Assembly: GCA_046758745.1 (NCBI GenBank)
Contig: JBHIAV010000016.1
Location: forward strand, 1 to 53,234
Reading direction: 5' to 3'
DNA: 53,234 nucleotides
From: Gemmatimonadota bacterium
GTDB lineage: Bacteria; Gemmatimonadota; Gemmatimonadetes; Palauibacterales; Palauibacteraceae
In this document: positions 36,444 to 44,729 of the stretch, one piece after another
Layout: every line of letters begins with the position of its first letter
How positions within the stretch are numbered: position 1 is the stretch's first letter
Translations under genes and position numbers: made by a program
The notes under the pieces: generated by a model
The model's database searches: none
What the model was told of the DNA's origin: nothing
What the model saw: only the letters and a program-made list of their open reading frames with translations

Positions 36444-37772
36444 GTGGCGCCCATCCAGCACCCGCGCATCTGCATCGTCGGCGCCGGGCTCGGCGGATCG
36501 CTCATGGCCTGCTACCTCGGCCGGGCCGGACACACAGCGGAGATCTTTGAAGCGCGGCCCGATCCGCGCCCGCGGGGGTTCACCGGAGGCCGCTCCATCA
36601 ACCTCGCCCTCTCCACCCGCGGGGTCCGGGCGCTGCGCGAGGTGGGACTCGCCAAACGGATCCTGGCCGATTCGGTCCCGATGCGGGGACGCATGATACA
36701 TTCGCTCAACGGGCGGCTCACGTTCCAGCCGTACGGCACCGCGGCGGAGCACGTCATCCACTCCGTCTCCCGGGCCGGACTCAATCTGACACTCCTCGAG
36801 GCGGCTTCCGGTTATCCCAACATCAGCCTGTCGTTCGGCTGGAGGTGCGTCGGCGTAGATCCGAGCTCCCCTGCCGTGCACCTGCGGCGCGCAACCACGG
36901 GGCACCAACGGACGGTCGAGGGCGACCTCATCATCGGGGCGGACGGCGCCTTTTCGGCGGTCCGCGGCCAGATGCAGAGGCTCGATCGCTTCGACTACAG
37001 CCAGGACTACCTGACGCACGGCTACAAGGAGCTGACGATCCCTCCGGGACCGGACGGCTCCTTCCTCATGGAACGGGAAGCCCTCCACATCTGGCCGCGC
37101 GGCGGCTTCATGCTCATCGCCCTCCCGAACGCCGACGGCTCCTACACCTGCACGCTCTTTCTCCCCTTCGTAGGCGCGAACAGCTTCGCCGAGATCGACG
37201 CGGGAGAGGGAGTGAAGAGGTTTTTCGAGCGCCACTTCCCCGACGTCCTGCCTCTCGTACCGACGCTCGAAGAGGACTACCGTCGGAACCCGGTGGGGTC
37301 TCTGGTGACGGTGCGCTGCGCTCCGTGGACGTGCGGCGGCAAGGTGGTCCTCCTCGGCGACGCGGCGCACGCCGTGGTTCCCTTCTACGGGCAGGGGATG
37401 AACGCGTCCTTCGAGGATTGCTCGGTGCTGAGCGAGGCGCTGGAGCGGTGCGCCCCCGACTGGGCGGCCGCCGTCGAGGAGTATTACGAGCAGCGGAAGC
37501 CGAACACCGACGCCCTGGCCGAGCTGGCGCTCGGGAACTTCGTCGAGATGCGGGACCGCGTCGCCTCCTCCCGCTTCCTCCTCGCCAAGAGGCTGGGACG
37601 GGCTTTGCACACGCTGCTTCCCAACCGCTTCGTGCCCCTGTACACCATGGTCACCTTCACCTCGATGCCCTACGCCGAGGCGGTGAGGCGGGCCCGGCGG
37701 CAGGTCCGGACCGTCGCCGCCGCGGTCGTGCTCGCAGCCGTGGTCACCGTCGCGGCGGCCCTCGCGCTGTGA
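36444..37772 (+). CDS. kmo: kynurenine 3-monooxygenase
   Basis: GAGLGG, GRSINLALS, GADGAFS, HGYKEL, LHIWPRG, GDAAHAVVPFYGQGMN. Confidence 0.95.
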   Translation: MAPIQHPRICIVGAGLGGSLMACYLGRAGHTAEIFEARPDPRPRGFTGGRSINLALSTRGVRALREVGLAKRILADSVPMRGRMIHSLNGRLTFQPYGTAAEHVIHSVSRAGLNLTLLEAASGYPNISLSFGWRCVGVDPSSPAVHLRRATTGHQRTVEGDLIIGADGAFSAVRGQMQRLDRFDYSQDYLTHGYKELTIPPGPDGSFLMEREALHIWPRGGFMLIALPNADGSYTCTLFLPFVGANSFAEIDAGEGVKRFFERHFPDVLPLVPTLEEDYRRNPVGSLVTVRCAPWTCGGKVVLLGDAAHAVVPFYGQGMNASFEDCSVLSEALERCAPDWAAAVEEYYEQRKPNTDALAELALGNFVEMRDRVASSRFLLAKRLGRALHTLLPNRFVPLYTMVTFTSMPYAEAVRRARRQVRTVAAAVVLAAVVTVAAALAL

Positions 37773-37878
37773 CGATCCGGTCCGCACCTTCTCGGGACGG
37801 CTTCGGCCAAACGGGATCGCTCGCGGCAACCCGGGAGCGGGCGGGATCGGCGGCCAGGATCACGCGCGAGAGGTTTCG

Positions 37879-38661
37879 ATGTCGCTGACGTACTCCTCCT
37901 ACCTCATGCTGGACGAGCTTCTCGATCTGCAGAAAGCGAAGTCCGAGCCTCCCGAGCACGACGAGACGCTCTTCATCATCGTCCATCAGGTGTACGAGCT
38001 CTGGTTCAAGCTTCTCCTCCACGAGCTGGACAAGGTCGGTCTCGATCTCTCGGCGAACGACATGTTCGGCGCCATCTCCACCGTGAAGCGGGTCCGCATG
38101 GTGATGAAGACGCTGGTCGGTCAGCTGGACATCCTGGAGACGATGTCGCCCATGTCGTTTCTCGCCTTCCGCGACCGCCTCGAGGCCGCCTCGGGTTTCC
38201 AGTCGCCTCAGTTCCGCGAGCTGGAGTTCCTCCTCGGCTACAAGCGGCCGGAGATGCTCCGCTATCACGAGGGGAATCCGAAGGCGCTGGCCGGCCTGCG
38301 CCGCCGGCTCGCCGAGCCTTCCCTCGTCGACCATCTCTACGATTACCTCGAGCACCGAGGGGTCGAAATCCCGGCCGAGCTACGGGCGAAGGATCTGATG
38401 GCACCCACGATCCCGAACGCGCGGATACAGGAGGGAATTCTGGAGCTCTACCGGACCCAGCCGGACACGGCGATCCTCTTCGAGCTGCTGACGGACTTCG
38501 ATGAGGGCCTGCAGGAATGGCGTTACCGGCACGTCAAGATGGTCGAGCGTACGATAGGCCGGAAGAGAGGAACGGGGGGCTCCCCGGGCGTCGAGTTCCT
38601 CAAGCGCTCGCTCTTCCGGCCCATCTTCCCCGACCTGTGGGCGATCCGGGACCGGCTGTGA
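37879..38661 (+). CDS. kynA: tryptophan 2,3-dioxygenase
   Basis: YSSYL, HDETLFIIVHQVYELWFK, ASGFQS, WRYRH, GTGGS. Confidence 0.96.
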   Translation: MSLTYSSYLMLDELLDLQKAKSEPPEHDETLFIIVHQVYELWFKLLLHELDKVGLDLSANDMFGAISTVKRVRMVMKTLVGQLDILETMSPMSFLAFRDRLEAASGFQSPQFRELEFLLGYKRPEMLRYHEGNPKALAGLRRRLAEPSLVDHLYDYLEHRGVEIPAELRAKDLMAPTIPNARIQEGILELYRTQPDTAILFELLTDFDEGLQEWRYRHVKMVERTIGRKRGTGGSPGVEFLKRSLFRPIFPDLWAIRDRL

Positions 38662-38668
38662 GGCCCCG

Positions 38669-39292
38669 TTGATCTACGACATCTCCCCGCCGATCCGGCC
38701 CTCGCTGGCCGTGTTCCCCGGAGACACGCCGCCGAGCCGAGAGGTCCTCCTCGACATGTCGCGGGGCGACCCGATCACCCTCTCCACGCTTCGCTCCACC
38801 GCGCACGTCGGGGCCCACCTCGACGCCCCGAGCCACTACGGCCGCGACGCGGACCCGATCGACCTACGCCGGCTCGAGCTCTTCGTGGGGCCGGCCGAGG
38901 TCGTGCGAGTGGACGTGCCGCGGGGTGAGCTCGTGACGCCGGAAGCGATGCCGGAGGAGCTCCGGGCCCCCCGGGTCCTCATCGCCACCCGGACCGTTCC
39001 GGACCGCACCGTGTTCAACCGGGATTTCGCGGCGCTCGCTCCGCACCTGATCGAGTGGCTCGACCGGCGCGGTGTCTTCCTCGTCGGCGTGGACACTCCC
39101 AGCGTGGACCCGGCCGACTCCAGGGAGCTCGCCTCGCACAGGGCGGTGCTCGAGCGCGACATGAACATCCTGGAGGGAATCGACCTGGACGACGTGCCGG
39201 AAGGGGTGTACGAGCTCATCGCCCTGCCGCTGCGGCTGGTCGGCTTCGACGCCAGCCCGGTGCGGGCCGTGCTGCGGCCGTTGGTGGGTTAG
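38669..39292 (+). CDS. kynB: kynurenine formamidase (cyclase family)
   Basis: FPGD, HVGAHLDAPSH, GVDTPSVD, ILEG, ASPVRAVL; TTG start after GAGG. Confidence 0.92.
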   Translation: MIYDISPPIRPSLAVFPGDTPPSREVLLDMSRGDPITLSTLRSTAHVGAHLDAPSHYGRDADPIDLRRLELFVGPAEVVRVDVPRGELVTPEAMPEELRAPRVLIATRTVPDRTVFNRDFAALAPHLIEWLDRRGVFLVGVDTPSVDPADSRELASHRAVLERDMNILEGIDLDDVPEGVYELIALPLRLVGFDASPVRAVLRPLVG

Positions 39293-39332
39293 CAGGTCGG
39301 GACCCGGCCGGTGCGGCGACCCGCGAGCACCC

Positions 39333-39755
39333 CTACACGGTCGCGATCACCTTGAGCTCGATGGCGATCGGCGTCGGGAGGGCCCGTACCTCCACGGTGG
39401 TGCGGCTCGGCCGCACCTCACCGAAATACTCGGCGTACACCCGGTTGTAGCTCTCGAAGTCGTCGCGGATGTTGGTGAGAAAAGCCGTGACGTCCACGAT
39501 CCGGTCCCAGCTCGAGCCGGCGTCCTCCAGCACGGCCCGCACGTTGGCGAAGGCGGCCCGGCACTGCGCCTCGATGTCGTAGGAGACGACGTGTCCGGCC
39601 GCGTCCAGGGTGAGGCCCGGTATGTGGGCGCTTCCCCGGCGCCGCGGGCCGATCCCCGAGAGGAAGAGGAGATTCCCGACCCGGCGGGCGTGCGGATACG
39701 GTCCGACCGGCTCGGGGGCCCGCTCGCTCTCCAAGCCCTCCGAGAGACCGCTCAC
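39333..39755 (-). CDS. RidA-family protein, probable 2-aminomuconate deaminase
   Basis: APEPVGPYPHA, FLSG, YNRVY, PSRTT, PIAIELK; lies in the kynurenine cluster. Confidence 0.85.
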   Translation of the reverse strand: MSGLSEGLESERAPEPVGPYPHARRVGNLLFLSGIGPRRRGSAHIPGLTLDAAGHVVSYDIEAQCRAAFANVRAVLEDAGSSWDRIVDVTAFLTNIRDDFESYNRVYAEYFGEVRPSRTTVEVRALPTPIAIELKVIATV

Positions 39756-39762
39756 CCGCGCC

Positions 39763-40548
39763 TCACTGCACCGCGGTCCGTCCACCGTCGACGGGAAGGT
39801 TGACCCCGGTCAGGTACGAGGCGCCGGGCGAGGCGAGGAAGCCCACCACCGCCGCGATCTCCCGTGGCTCGGCGAAGCGGCGCAGGGGGATCCCGGCCCT
39901 CCACTCCTCCTCCACCGACGCGGGGTCCATTCCCCGGCGCTCCGCCGTCCTGGCCATCAGATCCGCCAGGCGGGCGGTGGCCGTGTAGCCGGGAAGCACG
40001 TTGTTCACCGTGATCCCGTGCGGGCCGAGCTCGTGCGCCAGCGTCCGCGCCCAGTTGGCCACCGCGGCGCGGATCGTGTTGGAGACGCCCAGGCCGGGGA
40101 TCGGGGCGATCACCGAGGTGGAGACGATGTTGATGATCCTCCCGTACCCGGAAGCCTTCATGCCGGGCACCAGGGTCTGCACGAGAAGCTGGTTGCACAG
40201 CAGGTGCTGGGAGAAGGCCGTGAGGAAGTCCTCCGGCTCGGCCTGGAAGACCGGCCCGCCCGGCGGCCCTCCCGTGTTGTTGACCAGGATGTGGGCCGCA
40301 CCGATCTGCTCGAGGCGGGCGGCCACCGCGGCGCGTAGCCCCTCGGGGTCCCGGAAGTCGGCCGTGACGAATCCGTGCACGCGACCGGTGCGGTCGCCCA
40401 GCTCGGACTTCACCCTGTCGAGAGCTGCCCCGTCCCGCGCCACCAGCGTCACGGAGGCGCCGAGGGCGGCCAGCTCTTCGGCGCACGCGCGTCCGATCCC
40501 GCGGGTGCTTCCGCACACGAGCGCCCGCTTGCCGTGCAGTTCGTTCAT
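39763..40548 (-). CDS. atypical SDR oxidoreductase
   Basis: CGSTRGIG, NNTGGP, PGYTAT; the YxxxK position reads SNTIR. Confidence 0.9.
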   Translation of the reverse strand: MNELHGKRALVCGSTRGIGRACAEELAALGASVTLVARDGAALDRVKSELGDRTGRVHGFVTADFRDPEGLRAAVAARLEQIGAAHILVNNTGGPPGGPVFQAEPEDFLTAFSQHLLCNQLLVQTLVPGMKASGYGRIINIVSTSVIAPIPGLGVSNTIRAAVANWARTLAHELGPHGITVNNVLPGYTATARLADLMARTAERRGMDPASVEEEWRAGIPLRRFAEPREIAAVVGFLASPGASYLTGVNLPVDGGRTAVQ

Positions 40549-40608
40549 GTCGCCGGTCCCGGTGGGGGCCGAGGGGCACGCCGCCGCGCTCGCTGCGTCA
40601 CCACCCCG

Positions 40609-41295
40609 TCACTGCGGCTCCGCCTCCCGCGCCGCCTCCTCGAACAGCGAGCGGATCAGCTTGTCGCGGAAGTTCGACTTCGGGGCAAAGTAGCTCCCGA
40701 GGAGGGTCAGCCGCCTCTCCGGCCCGACGTCCTTCTGATCCAGGCGAACCTCTCCCTCGGCCGTCCGGAAGACGGTGCGGAGCGTATCGCCCCGGATCCG
40801 GTACAGTACCTGGTCGCCCTTCCGGATTCCGTCCTCCGCGAGAAACGCGAACCACCGGGGCATCCCGTCCGCCACGAGGCGGTAGTCCGGCTCCTCGATG
40901 ATCCCGGCCTCGAGAGCCCGTCGCATATTGTCGTCCACGCCGTCCAGGAACTGCGACAGGCTCACATCACGCTTGAACTCGATCCGCGCCCAGGCATCGG
41001 TGGCATGGGTCGCCACCGCGGCGATCGAGTCTTTCGCCTCGGACGTTCGGCCGAGCTCCCGCACGAAGGCCCCGAGCCGCCGGGCCGTCTCCTCGCCGAA
41101 GCGGACCTCCAGGGTGAGCACGTCCACCTTGAAGATCGTCTTCTCGAAGAGCATCCGCATCTCGGAGTACGGGCGGCGCTCCAGCGACGTCGTGTCGATG
41201 GGTGAGGCCTGCGTCGCGGCGAGCCCCGCCCGCGCTCCGAAGAGGATGAGGCAGGCGGCCAGAGCGCCGGCCCGAAGCGGAAAAGGGCTCCGCAT
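40609..41295 (-). CDS. secreted hypothetical protein, possibly chalcone-isomerase-like fold
   Basis: Signal peptide then an alpha/beta domain (FKVDV...IEFKRDVS...RKGDQV); the fold is a loose resemblance only. Confidence 0.65.
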   Translation of the reverse strand: MRSPFPLRAGALAACLILFGARAGLAATQASPIDTTSLERRPYSEMRMLFEKTIFKVDVLTLEVRFGEETARRLGAFVRELGRTSEAKDSIAAVATHATDAWARIEFKRDVSLSQFLDGVDDNMRRALEAGIIEEPDYRLVADGMPRWFAFLAEDGIRKGDQVLYRIRGDTLRTVFRTAEGEVRLDQKDVGPERRLTLLGSYFAPKSNFRDKLIRSLFEEAAREAEPQ

Positions 41296-41309
41296 CCGCG
41301 GAGAGCTCT

Positions 41310-41600
41310 TCACCCGATCTCGATCGTTTCGGTCGCCGAGTCCCACAGTACCTCCTCCAGCGCCGCGTGCCGCAGGAGGAGCTCCGCCCCGTGGCGCCGA
41401 CTCGTGATCCTCTCCTTGAGGGGTGGCCGTTGCTCCGCCACCCGCCTCCTCGGAAGGGCGGCGAAAATGCACATCTGGGCGTGCCGCCGGTCCGGATGAC
41501 CTAGCAGCATATACGCGAGAAGGATCATCAGGTTCGGGTTGCGATCTGCCTGCCACGTCGGCCGGACCTGGATCCGGGCGTGGTTGCTCCGCCGCGTGGC
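41310..41600 (-). pseudogene. C-terminal relic of an APC/SLC12-like amino-acid permease
   Basis: RNPNLMILLAYMLLGHPD...IFAALP...VAEQR joined to GAELLLRH...EVLWDSATETIEIG*; no TM core and no plausible RBS. Confidence 0.5.
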
Positions 41601-41619
41601 GAGGCGCACAGGAAGAGAA

Positions 41620-41704
41620 GCCCCGCAGACCGGCCGGACTGCGGGGCACCCAGGGGAGACGGGCGACCGGCCCTCCTCCGTCACCCGACGGGAGGACCGG
41701 TCGC
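41620..41704 (-). terminator. tandem hairpins downstream of the TonB-dependent receptor
   Basis: GCGACCGG...CCGGTCGC hairpin (41663-41704), then GCCCCGCAG-N10-CTGCGGGGC (41620-41647) followed on minus by TTCTCTT. Confidence 0.65.
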
Positions 41705-41718
41705 TTCCCTGCGCGGCG

Positions 41719-44547
41719 CTACAGGTTGAGCCGCAGGCGCGTGAAGTAGAAGCCGCCGTTGCTCCCGAACTGCGTGACGCGACGGCTGAAGATGAAGCGC
41801 TCGCCGTCCCGGTTGGACGGCTTCTCGTGCTGGTCGGGATACGTGTTGAAGAGGTTCTGGGCTCCGATCGACCAACGCACACCCCTCACGATCTCGTATC
41901 CGAGCTCGAGATCGACGAGTCCCTTCGGGTCGAACGTCTCGTCGTTGTCCTCCTTGGTCGGCTTGTACTTGACGTTGCCGTAGTACGTGAAACGGCCGAG
42001 CCCGGTGAACCGGTTCAGGGTGTATCTGGCGGTGAGCGACACCTTCTGTCTCGGCAGCGCGTCCTCCAGCCGGTTTCGCTCCTCGCGGTTGAACAGGGTG
42101 CTCTCCACATCCTCCAGCACGCCGCCGGTGAACCGGTCCGCGATCGACTGCGGGACGTTGATGGAAGTGACGTCGGTGTCGGTGAAGTTGGCCGCTGCGG
42201 TGAGATTCAGCTGACCCTCGCCGAGCCGCGTCCCGTAGGAGGCCACGATGTCGACGCCGAAGGTCTCCGTGTCCACCGCGTTGGCGAAGAACTGCGCCTG
42301 CGTGACGCCCAGGGCGGAGAACGGCTCCAGGATGTCGCCCACCTCGAGGCCAAGCCCACTGCTACCCGAGGCGAACCGGCTGGAGAGCACGATCCGGTCG
42401 TCGATTTCGATGAAGTAGATATCCGCCGTGAGGGAGAAGCTGCTGGTCGGGCGGGCGGTGAATCCGGCGCTCACGTTGATCGAGGTCTCCTCATCGAGCG
42501 GCGGGACGCCGAACGCCCTCGCCACCCCGCTCAGGTTGTTCGCCGTGAGCACCCGCTTCGGAACCTGCTCGCCGGTCACGGGATCCGTGAGGAACTGCGT
42601 GCTCACGTTGTTGAACCAGATTTGCTGCAGCGACGGGGCCCGGAAGCCGGAGCTCACCGCGCCGCGGAGGGCGAAGCCCGGTGTGACCTCGGCGCGCAGG
42701 GCGAGCTTCCCCGTCACCCGGCTACCGAAGTCACTGTAGTTCTCGAACCGTCCCCCGAAATCGATGAGGAACTGGTCGGTGACCTCGGTCTCGAGACCGG
42801 CGTACGCGCTGACGCTGTTCCGGCTTCGGTCCACCTCGTTGGAGGGCTGGAAGCCCGGGAAGACCTGGGAGCCTGCCGCCTTCGGCTGCCCGCTGGAGGT
42901 GGTGTCGAAGTCCACCCCCGGCACGTCGCCGCCGTTGCCCAGCGAGAACGAGCCGAACTCCCCCGCCTCGATCTCGTAGTTCTCGACCCGGAACTCCCCG
43001 CCCAGCACGAGCGAGAAGGACTTGAGCGCGCCCTTCGTGTCGAGGAGCCGCACGGCGTCGAAGTTCCCCGTCGTCTGCCTGGACTTCAGCGTTCCGGCAT
43101 CGAAGGTCGTGGGGCTGGACACGCCCATCGACGCGTTGTTCGTGTTCTCGATGTTGAACAGGAAGGAGCTGGCCCCGTGCGTGACCGAGAGGTCCACGTC
43201 CCATCCGGCCTGGGTTCCCCGAAGACCCACGCTGATCGACCCGTCGTCGATATCGGTGTTGATCTCCGGCAGGAAGCCGTTCGGGAAGAGCTCGGGAACG
43301 ACACGCTCCTCCTGGTTCGGGCGGCGGTAGAAGCCGGTCGCTATGCCGTCCCGGAAGGTGAGCCCGCCGAAGCTGTACAGCTCGGCGTTCTCGGCGATCG
43401 GGAAGGCCGTGTTGTAGAACGCCGAGCCTACCACCGCCTTGCCCTGGCCCGTCTTCATCGAGAGGTCGGCCCGCGTGAGGCCGCGCCGCGCCAGCTCGGC
43501 GTCCGTGGCGGCTTCACCGGAGATCCCGAGGAAGAAGTCGCGCTCCTCCGCGCCGGAGCGGTTGGTGCGCTGCCGGTTGAGATACTGGCCCGTGATGTTG
43601 AAGAAGCCGCCCTCCCCGATCGGGAAACCGTAGTTGACGCCGACCTGGCCCTGCTCCCCGTCACAATCCCAGTCCAGGTTGATCGGCTCGCCCGTGTCGG
43701 CCCGGTCGGGCTGGCTCAGACATCCCCCGGTGGCGCCGACGATGCCGTTGAGCTGGAGCTTCTGCGTCTGCTCCTTGAGGACGATGTTGATCACGCCGGC
43801 GATCGCGTCCGACCCGTACTGGGCCGACGCCCCGTCGCGCAGCACCTCGATGCGCTCGATCGCCGAGGTCGGGATCGCGTTGAGATCCACCCCCACGGTC
43901 CCTCGACCGAACGTCCCGTTCACGTGCACGAGCGCGCTCGGGTGCCGGCGCTTGCCGTTGATCAGCACGAGTGTCTGGTCGGGCCCGAGGCCCCGCAGGC
44001 TGGCCGGGTTCACATGGTCCGTGCCGTCGGAGATGGTCTGGTGGGAAGCGTTGAAGGAGGGGACGATCTCGCGCAGGATCTGGTTCACCTCGGTGTGGCC
44101 GGACTCGACGATCTGCTGCGCCGTGATCACGTCGATCGGCACCGGCGTCTCGATGGCCGTCCTCGCGGTGCGGGATCCGATGACCACCAGCTCCTGCCCC
44201 GCGATCACCGCCTCTTGAAGCTCGAAGTCGGCCGTCACCGACTCGCCGGCCACCACGGTGACCCGCCGCTCGACGGGCTCGTACCCGATGAGGCTGGCCC
44301 GGACCGCGTACGTCCCCGGCCCCATGGTGAGGGCGTACCTGCCCTCGTCGCTGGCCAGAGCACCCCTCACCGTACCGATGACCGCCACGTTGGCGCCGGA
44401 GAGGGGCTCGAGGGTGGCGGCGGCGACCACCCGTCCGGTGATCGTGCCGGTCTGCTGCGCGAAGGCGGGGCGCGCCGTGAACGGAAGCGCCGCCGCCAGG
44501 GCCAGGCTGCAGACCGCTCGTAGGATCGAACCACGTCTCGGACTCAT
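41719..44547 (-). CDS. TonB-dependent outer-membrane receptor with N-terminal carboxypeptidase-regulatory-like domain
   Basis: Signal peptide, VVIGSR, LRGLGPDQTLVLINGKR, IERIEVLRDGASAQYGSDAIAGVINI, GFRAPSL; GGAGGTG RBS. Confidence 0.95.
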   Translation of the reverse strand: MSPRRGSILRAVCSLALAAALPFTARPAFAQQTGTITGRVVAAATLEPLSGANVAVIGTVRGALASDEGRYALTMGPGTYAVRASLIGYEPVERRVTVVAGESVTADFELQEAVIAGQELVVIGSRTARTAIETPVPIDVITAQQIVESGHTEVNQILREIVPSFNASHQTISDGTDHVNPASLRGLGPDQTLVLINGKRRHPSALVHVNGTFGRGTVGVDLNAIPTSAIERIEVLRDGASAQYGSDAIAGVINIVLKEQTQKLQLNGIVGATGGCLSQPDRADTGEPINLDWDCDGEQGQVGVNYGFPIGEGGFFNITGQYLNRQRTNRSGAEERDFFLGISGEAATDAELARRGLTRADLSMKTGQGKAVVGSAFYNTAFPIAENAELYSFGGLTFRDGIATGFYRRPNQEERVVPELFPNGFLPEINTDIDDGSISVGLRGTQAGWDVDLSVTHGASSFLFNIENTNNASMGVSSPTTFDAGTLKSRQTTGNFDAVRLLDTKGALKSFSLVLGGEFRVENYEIEAGEFGSFSLGNGGDVPGVDFDTTSSGQPKAAGSQVFPGFQPSNEVDRSRNSVSAYAGLETEVTDQFLIDFGGRFENYSDFGSRVTGKLALRAEVTPGFALRGAVSSGFRAPSLQQIWFNNVSTQFLTDPVTGEQVPKRVLTANNLSGVARAFGVPPLDEETSINVSAGFTARPTSSFSLTADIYFIEIDDRIVLSSRFASGSSGLGLEVGDILEPFSALGVTQAQFFANAVDTETFGVDIVASYGTRLGEGQLNLTAAANFTDTDVTSINVPQSIADRFTGGVLEDVESTLFNREERNRLEDALPRQKVSLTARYTLNRFTGLGRFTYYGNVKYKPTKEDNDETFDPKGLVDLELGYEIVRGVRWSIGAQNLFNTYPDQHEKPSNRDGERFIFSRRVTQFGSNGGFYFTRLRLNL

Positions 44548-44729
44548 GCCTCACCTCCCTTGGGGATTGGTTGGAAGGGCCGCGCGCACGCATGCCCGGA
44601 CCCTCGGCCCGACCGACTGGACGAACGCCCGACGAACAAAAAACGGGCTACGGACTGCCCGAACATACTGCAAACACGGCAGTTCCGCGCACCGATGTAC
44701 TATGATTTCTAGGTTGAGCCCCCGAAGCC

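Noticed and set aside
41539-44523. 994-aa plus-strand ORF
   Set aside because: Antisense shadow of the TonB receptor, as expected at high GC3; no motifs.
44548-44729. Riboswitch or sigma54 promoter upstream of the TonB receptor
   Set aside because: Short hairpins and a T-run are present, but I recognise no cobalamin, TPP or other aptamer core, and the GG/GC spacing does not fit -24/-12.
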